DNA of 23,024 nt from Candidatus Undinarchaeota archaeon (GTDB taxonomy: Archaea; SpSt-1190), in assembly GCA_964549355.1 (NCBI GenBank), contig CAZJUS010000011.1:1-23024 (forward strand), given 5' to 3'. The position numbers and the translations under genes are program-made. Below the pieces are notes generated by a model. That model had not been told where the DNA came from. It did not search any database and was given only the letters and a program-made list of their open reading frames with translations. This document shows positions 17,127 through 23,024 of this stretch, piece after piece. Position 1 is the stretch's first letter; the number at the start of each line of letters is the position of its first letter.

Positions 17127-19446
17127 ACATACCATTTTGCTGCTGCTGGTTTTTTTGATTGCTTTAGCCCCAGCAAAGGCAGCTGAAGTGGGTTGGCTGT
17201 CGGATTGGTCTTACCGTATCAGGATCGGGGTTGAAAATAATGTGCCTGAAACTTTAGTAAACCACCAAATTAAAGTCACAATAAACACCAAAACGCTCAT
17301 CAGCAATAAAAAAATGCGCGGCGACTGCGGAGATGCCAGGTTTACCGACAGCGACGGAACGACCACCATCAGCTATTGGCTGGAAAGAGGGTGCAATGAA
17401 ACTGCAACAATTTTTTGGGTCGAAATCCCCACGTTGGTTGCCTCTGAAACAAAAAATATTTATTTCTATTATGGGGCGCCAACAAAAACTTCGACCAGCT
17501 CCGGCTCCGCAACCTTCAAATTATTCGATGATTTTAACAGCAACTCCATCGGCACCACGTGGCAAATTTACGACGGGTCATATTTAAAGAACAGTGCCAG
17601 CGGATATGCTTTCATAAACATAGTAAATTCAAGTGCAGTTTTGCAAAGCGTATCAAATTATAATTTTGTTACAAAAACGTTCAAAACAAGCCGGCCGGCA
17701 ATTATTGAAATGAAAACTTTGCTTTATGATGCCTTGGACCCCAACGATGGAAAAACATTCACCATTTTATTTTATGACCCAGAAACCAATATGGACCCGG
17801 ACAGGAACTCATATCAAGTATTCACAAACAGCACAGGAAACAGCATATTGAACTCCAGCTCAAGCACAAGCCAAACATATGGAATAACCGATTCATATTC
17901 GGTGTCAGAAAACGTGTGGTACATTCAACGGATGACTGCTGACGAAACCAACATCACTTCTCAACTCATGGATACCAGCTATAATGAACTAAGTTTCAAG
18001 ACCATTGCTAATTCAGACTGGGACAGTAAAAGAATAGGCATGGACCACTATAATAACGGAACATCGGGGAATATCATGTTTGTTGACTGGATAAGAGTGA
18101 GATCATATGTAAATACCAGCCCGACCATCAATACATATGCCGAGTCTGAAAAACCCCCCCTGAGCTATTCGTTTCAAGGTTCTAAGGCCTCAAACATGAG
18201 GACTTTGATTTTCATTCCTTCTTCCGAAAAAAATCCGGTAAAGCTGGAATTGGAACCGGCAACCCAATGCAGTGCAATTTCAAGCAATTCAGCAACTCTG
18301 AGCTTCGGCACTCTGAGCTTCAACTCCTCGGGGTATTCAATCAATGGAAGTTTCAGATGGATAAACGCCACGAATGTTACATACTCGGAAAATTGTGAAC
18401 GAATCTCACTCCGATTCAACAATGAAATTGCAAACACCAAAACGTGGCACATCGTTCAGGTGTTTAAGGACTACCCATTAGTAAAACACATCATTTTCGT
18501 TCACACACAAGACGACATAAATGAGTTTAATGAAACAATGTATTTAGATGACACCTGCGCTTCATTTGTGAATTCTACAGGGGAACATTCGTGCATCAAC
18601 ATCATGCACTCGCCATCAGGGTATATTGAAACAAACAATGTTGCATACTGCAACGTTCATTGGGCCAACAATATTGATTTCAATTTAACAGAAGTCGTTT
18701 CAGTCAGCAATGGATATGGAAAATCAGTATTTTGGGAAGCTTTAGATAAAAATTGTGAACCGTTCCTAAAAACTTTTGAATTGATATGTGGTGTAGATTT
18801 CCAAAATTGCTCCGTATCCTCTTCAACTCCCATCAGGGTGCCGTTCTACAATGATGCAAGCCTTCAAAAACCGCTTGGGAAAATCAAAATCACCGGTGCC
18901 GATTTCACCAAAAAAGTGAATGGGAAATCAATATCTGGTGAATTAATAGATACAAGATTCATCAGCCATGGAGTTAATTATGTAGAGGTTGAAGGTTCTG
19001 GAAATGTCTCAAAAATAGAGATTGTCCTCAGCAACCCGTACACCGCAACTTCATTTTTTGATGAAAAGCCTGATATTTACATTCTGACTGTAAAAGGCCC
19101 ATTGGAAGGTGTTTCAGCAAATATTGAAGGCATTCCTGTAACGGACAAAATCCTGAAATTCAGGAACCTGGATGGAAAAACACATATGGATTTGGGAATC
19201 GGAGCGAGCACAGTTGACATTGATATTTTTAAAACCAAAAGGGACTGGGAGTTTGAGAACAGCAAACTTTACCAATCATCGGGCACCTTGAAGAAAGCGA
19301 CGGGCAACTACCTTCCTCTTTCCGGAGCGAAGGATATCCTCCCTCCGCAACTGCCCCCCACCCACAAAATCTATTCGGCAAGCAGGATATTCTACTCAAA
19401 CAACATAATTGCAGAATTGGTGATGACAACATGGCGCGCAGTATGA
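17119..19446 (+). CDS. Large secreted DUF2341-domain protein (putative adhesin or pilus accessory)
   Basis: Signal peptide MNKHTILLLLVFLIALAPAKA; W...WSYR..I, KMRGDCGDARFTDSDG...SYWLE, FWVEIP, IYFYYG, F.LFDDF (DUF2341 hallmark); lectin-like region ending VDWIRVR. Start reassigned from 17047. Confidence 0.85.
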   Translation: MNKHTILLLLVFLIALAPAKAAEVGWLSDWSYRIRIGVENNVPETLVNHQIKVTINTKTLISNKKMRGDCGDARFTDSDGTTTISYWLERGCNETATIFWVEIPTLVASETKNIYFYYGAPTKTSTSSGSATFKLFDDFNSNSIGTTWQIYDGSYLKNSASGYAFINIVNSSAVLQSVSNYNFVTKTFKTSRPAIIEMKTLLYDALDPNDGKTFTILFYDPETNMDPDRNSYQVFTNSTGNSILNSSSSTSQTYGITDSYSVSENVWYIQRMTADETNITSQLMDTSYNELSFKTIANSDWDSKRIGMDHYNNGTSGNIMFVDWIRVRSYVNTSPTINTYAESEKPPLSYSFQGSKASNMRTLIFIPSSEKNPVKLELEPATQCSAISSNSATLSFGTLSFNSSGYSINGSFRWINATNVTYSENCERISLRFNNEIANTKTWHIVQVFKDYPLVKHIIFVHTQDDINEFNETMYLDDTCASFVNSTGEHSCINIMHSPSGYIETNNVAYCNVHWANNIDFNLTEVVSVSNGYGKSVFWEALDKNCEPFLKTFELICGVDFQNCSVSSSTPIRVPFYNDASLQKPLGKIKITGADFTKKVNGKSISGELIDTRFISHGVNYVEVEGSGNVSKIEIVLSNPYTATSFFDEKPDIYILTVKGPLEGVSANIEGIPVTDKILKFRNLDGKTHMDLGIGASTVDIDIFKTKRDWEFENSKLYQSSGTLKKATGNYLPLSGAKDILPPQLPPTHKIYSASRIFYSNNIIAELVMTTWRAV

Positions 19447-20615
19447 AAGGTCAATTTTACGTGGTATCGAGCTTTATGATAGTCGCATACCTTTACTTTT
19501 TAATTCAGTTGTTTACTGCTGTCCAAACAAACGCGGAAGTCCCAAGGATTTCAACCGGAGAAGATATCCGAGACGTAATTAGCGAAATTGTGAATGAAGG
19601 CGAAACGGGAATTGTCGAGAAACTTGATGAACTTCAAAACGCATTAAGCTTCAGGAGGGAATCAATTTATCTCAAATGCGTCTCTTACGCAGACCAAACG
19701 GAACGATGCGACCTTCCTTTTGCATATTGGGCATGCGGAATGAATGTTTCAATTGCTTCCAGCACTTATGGAAAAGGAAAAGTTCAGTTGGACGAGTTCA
19801 TCCAATCACGGTACGATTTCTGGAGAAACGAATCAAGAGTCCCTATATTTGTTGACGGAAATAGCAGCGGAAATCTAAAAAAAATAACAATAACGGCCCC
19901 TTTTCAGGGGGCGATTTATGACGGCCACAGAATACTGAAAAGCAGTTGGAGCGGAAATTCCGTTTCATTCCGATTTAATGTCCGCAGGGATCCGGGATAT
20001 GTTTACCTGTATGATGTGTCCGCAGGCAACGAGAATTTATTTGAGGATATCGGCATCCTGAATGACGGTTCGTACGACGCCTCAATCCTCGCAAAACACC
20101 TGCAGTCTGACAATCCGCAAAACCTCAGTTTTTCGGATCTGGAAAGCTTGTGGGGGAATGCGGGGCCTTCACTTTTATTCATCCCTTCAGGAGAGTATCC
20201 AACAGCCTATGGAGGCGAACTGCTGGATTACGTTAGATACGGAGGCACACTTATTTCACCATATGGTTTGTGCAACAAAACAAGCCAAACGTGTTTGGCA
20301 GGCGACATTTATGCCTTGACCCAAACACATGGACTTCAAGGAGTGGGGGACGGCGCCTCCCTTGAAGATACCAACTCACTTTATTTCACAACACAGGCAA
20401 CTGCATGGATGGCTTCAAATACAACATCGGTTGTGAACGAAAGTTCTGTTGGGCTGGGACCGATTCCATACGGAGAAGGTTGGATTGTATTTGTTGGCAA
20501 CGAAAGCATGCTGTCCACTTGGTCTGATTTGGATGATTTTCTGGATCTTTTGAAATCCTGGGCGATGCCTGCAAACTCAATAACAAAAGCCGCGTGCCCT
20601 GTGCAGAATGCTTAA
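19443..20615 (+). CDS. Pilin-like protein (class III signal peptide) with C-terminal class I GATase-like fold
   Basis: MKG|QFYVVSSFMIVAYLYFLI; ATGA overlap with the upstream gene; LLFIPSG...LLDYVRYGGTLI...YGEGWIVFVG pattern. Confidence 0.75.
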   Translation: MKGQFYVVSSFMIVAYLYFLIQLFTAVQTNAEVPRISTGEDIRDVISEIVNEGETGIVEKLDELQNALSFRRESIYLKCVSYADQTERCDLPFAYWACGMNVSIASSTYGKGKVQLDEFIQSRYDFWRNESRVPIFVDGNSSGNLKKITITAPFQGAIYDGHRILKSSWSGNSVSFRFNVRRDPGYVYLYDVSAGNENLFEDIGILNDGSYDASILAKHLQSDNPQNLSFSDLESLWGNAGPSLLFIPSGEYPTAYGGELLDYVRYGGTLISPYGLCNKTSQTCLAGDIYALTQTHGLQGVGDGASLEDTNSLYFTTQATAWMASNTTSVVNESSVGLGPIPYGEGWIVFVGNESMLSTWSDLDDFLDLLKSWAMPANSITKAACPVQNA

Positions 20616-20638
20616 ATGTCATATAAACATGGAATAAT

Positions 20639-21148
20639 GTGGTGGATGCAACACTCATACTTGATGCTTTCAAAAAACATGAAAGCGCACACCTGAGAAA
20701 ATTAAGCGATCACCTGCTTGCAGATGGAGCGTTGGAAGACAACGCCACATCCATACGCCTTTCGATTATTGCCCATGCATTATCCAAAATCCTGGAAAAA
20801 CCGTATTATACTCGAAAGAAAAGTGAATGGGAGCGCTTCATAAAAAAAGTGGAAGAGGGGTTGACGGCAGTTGCTGAAAATCGGGGCGGGCTCGATAAAA
20901 TTGAAGCTGCAATAATTGAGTTGGATGAATGCTTTGGACGATATACGGATAATGTCCTGCATCGTTCCAAAATCAGAAAAGGTTCAAATCTTTATGCATG
21001 GGGCATTACATTGACATATGCAGCAAAACTGGTCGGTGTTGAAGAAAGTGAAATTCTAACTCAATCCGCTCAAACAAAAATGGTGGATGAAGAGGGAGTT
21101 ACAATTACCGCAGAAAGCCGATTAAAAAATCTGGAGGCGCTACTATGA
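20639..21148 (+). CDS. Hypothetical helical protein with C-terminal UPF0175-like HTH (putative antitoxin or regulator)
   Basis: C-terminal LYAWGITLTYAAKLVGVEESEIL resembles the UPF0175 HTH; ATGA-coupled to the PIN gene. Confidence 0.6.
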   Translation: MVDATLILDAFKKHESAHLRKLSDHLLADGALEDNATSIRLSIIAHALSKILEKPYYTRKKSEWERFIKKVEEGLTAVAENRGGLDKIEAAIIELDECFGRYTDNVLHRSKIRKGSNLYAWGITLTYAAKLVGVEESEILTQSAQTKMVDEEGVTITAESRLKNLEALL

Positions 21149-21813
21149 ATCGTATTGCGTGCGATGCATCAAGCATCATAACCCTGAGCTCAAATTGCTT
21201 ATTGTGGATCCTGAAGCGATTTGAAAATATTGAGTTCATAATGCCTCCTTATGTAAAAAAGGAGTCTGTCGACATCCCAATTTCCAGCAAAAGGCATGGT
21301 TTCGACGCTATGAGGAACGGCAATTACATCAACAGTGCATTAAAAGTCCTAGATACTGACATCGAGCTGAGGGACAAATTGCTGAATTTGGCAAATTCAA
21401 TCTTCACATCAAAGAACCATAATTTCAAGATAGTCCACCGTGGCGAAATTGACATGATTGCAGTAGCCAAGAAACACGGCATCGAAACCCTGCTTGTTGA
21501 TGAAAAAAACACGCGACTGCTGATTGAAGATGTACCGCGCTTAAAGCGGATGATAGAGCATCGAACAGGGAGAAAAATAGAAATCAATCAAAAGGTAAGG
21601 GAAACATTAGCAAATGAGCTCAAAGGTTTGAAGATAATAAGGAGCAGTGAACTTGTAGCTGAAGCTGTGAAAATGGGCGTGATTGACTGGCCATATTCAA
21701 AAAGACAACTGCTTCGCAGTGCACTATATGCTCTTAAATTCAAAGGGTGTGCAATAACCGAAGGTGAAATTGTCGAACTTGTGAATATGGTGGCGCCAGT
21801 TAAGGGTGAGTGA
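21145..21813 (+). CDS. PIN-domain protein (putative ribonuclease, DUF3368/COG2405-like)
   Basis: IACDASSII, PPYVKKES, HRGEIDMIAVA and LLVDEKNTR provide the PIN acidic residues. Confidence 0.8.
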   Translation: MNRIACDASSIITLSSNCLLWILKRFENIEFIMPPYVKKESVDIPISSKRHGFDAMRNGNYINSALKVLDTDIELRDKLLNLANSIFTSKNHNFKIVHRGEIDMIAVAKKHGIETLLVDEKNTRLLIEDVPRLKRMIEHRTGRKIEINQKVRETLANELKGLKIIRSSELVAEAVKMGVIDWPYSKRQLLRSALYALKFKGCAITEGEIVELVNMVAPVKGE

Positions 21814-22989
21814 ATGGATATACTACTTGGGGCAGTGATTTCCTTGGGCATCGGCGGACTTGTTGGACTGGAGCGCGAATGGAGAAGAAAATTGGCGGGC
21901 ATCAGGACTTTCATGATCACCAGTCTGCTGGGGTTTCTTTCATTCTACACGACGTTCATTTCTCCCTTGATTGTTCCTGTTTCACTTTGTGCTGTCATGA
22001 TAATGGCGCTTCGGCAAGGGGATCATTTTGAAACTTCAACGTATATTGCTTCATTGGTGATATTTTTACTGGGAGGGTTGGTTGCAAACGATATGGCAGC
22101 ATATGCAGCCAGCATCTCATTAATCATGATGGGCCTTCTGGCATTCCGGGATACGCTCCACCATTTTGCATACAGCTTCAGCGAAAGGGAAATTTTGGAT
22201 ACTGTAAAAATGGGGGCGCTCATCCTTGTAATCCTCCCCTTGCTGCCAAATAAATACATCGACCCCTGGGGGCTCATAAATCCCTTCCAAATCTGGTTGA
22301 TGCTTGTTGCAATCCTGGGTTTAAGTTTCACCGGCTATATGCTTATTAAATTCATTGGGCCACGGGCAGGTTTGACGCTCACTGCTTTGCTCGGAGGTTT
22401 TGCAAGTTCAACTGCCCTGACGTTCCAAATGATGTCATTGGACAAAAAACATGAAAGCAGGCTGACAAGTGCAGCAGCATTTCTCGGGAGCTCGACTATG
22501 TTTCTGAAGGTTCCTTTGCTTTTAATGATGTTCAATCGTTCACTCGCATTGGCTGTTGCACCAAAAATGTTTGCTATTTTCTTGATAGGGACTCTTGTCT
22601 CCTACTGGATTATCAAAAACAAAAAAGGGAAAAGAAAAATAAAAATCAAGAATCCTCTTGACTTTTCCACAGCCGTCAAATTCGTGGTGTTCTTTTTGGG
22701 GGTGACTTTGCTGGTCTATGCTGGCAGGACATTCTACGGAGCCATGGGGGGATACATAGCTTCGTTCGTGGGCGGACTCTCAGACATAGAGCCGGTTGCA
22801 CTTGCAGCTTTCAACTCGCTGGCTTCCGGCTCAATTGCACTTGATGTTGCAACCAACATGGTTATGCTGGGGGCTTTCGCGAATTCACTGACAAAAGCCG
22901 GCCTGATGATTTTCCGCGGGAAATCCTTTTCCAAAAAACTCGGCCTGCTGCTAATCGCCCTCTGTCTCGTCCTCTTCCTTCCCATATAG
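21814..22989 (+). CDS. MgtC/SapB family membrane protein with DUF4010
   Basis: IGGLVGLERE...AGIRTF; LPLLPN..IDPWG.INP..IW.M...I.GLSF.GY; GG.ASSTA; GLSDIE; many TMs; GGGTGA RBS. Confidence 0.9.
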   Translation: MDILLGAVISLGIGGLVGLEREWRRKLAGIRTFMITSLLGFLSFYTTFISPLIVPVSLCAVMIMALRQGDHFETSTYIASLVIFLLGGLVANDMAAYAASISLIMMGLLAFRDTLHHFAYSFSEREILDTVKMGALILVILPLLPNKYIDPWGLINPFQIWLMLVAILGLSFTGYMLIKFIGPRAGLTLTALLGGFASSTALTFQMMSLDKKHESRLTSAAAFLGSSTMFLKVPLLLMMFNRSLALAVAPKMFAIFLIGTLVSYWIIKNKKGKRKIKIKNPLDFSTAVKFVVFFLGVTLLVYAGRTFYGAMGGYIASFVGGLSDIEPVALAAFNSLASGSIALDVATNMVMLGAFANSLTKAGLMIFRGKSFSKKLGLLLIALCLVLFLPI

Positions 22990-23024
22990 GGATTCAACAC
23001 TTTTCAGGGATTCCACAAGAGCCT

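Noticed and set aside
1..23024. CRISPR array, rRNA, IS element, integrase or DGR
   Set aside because: No spaced repeats, rRNA motifs, transposase, recombinase or reverse transcriptase ORFs seen; nearly all sequence is explained by the listed CDSs.

Overview
This is a gene-dense archaeal window. The compact overlapping genes, class I CCA-adding enzyme, type II Map, aMBF1, PAC2 and BRE/TATA-like promoters suggest a DPANN-like lineage, but that taxonomy is inference. In order it holds: the 3' part of a very large Cys/Asp-rich surface protein with a PG-TM C-terminal anchor; AMMECR1 and aMBF1; a small minus-strand Tad/type IV pilus-like cluster (ATPase, two degenerate platform proteins, small pilin); map; a CBS protein; an in-frame fusion of a TsaC/YrdC (t6A) domain to a full-length CCA-adding enzyme; a PAC2 proteasome chaperone; a second, larger plus-strand type IV pilus operon (ATPase, two platform proteins, five secreted or pilin-like genes with Cys-rich, DUF2341-like and GATase-like domains); an HTH + PIN pair resembling a toxin-antitoxin module; and a MgtC/SapB-DUF4010 membrane protein. 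The most notable items are the TsaC-CCA fusion, the unusual adhesive pilus operon, the giant disulfide-rich surface protein, and a tRNA 3'-end-like fragment at the start of the minus-strand ATPase gene. I saw no rRNA, complete tRNA, CRISPR array, integrase or transposase. All family assignments come from motif recognition by eye, not database searches.
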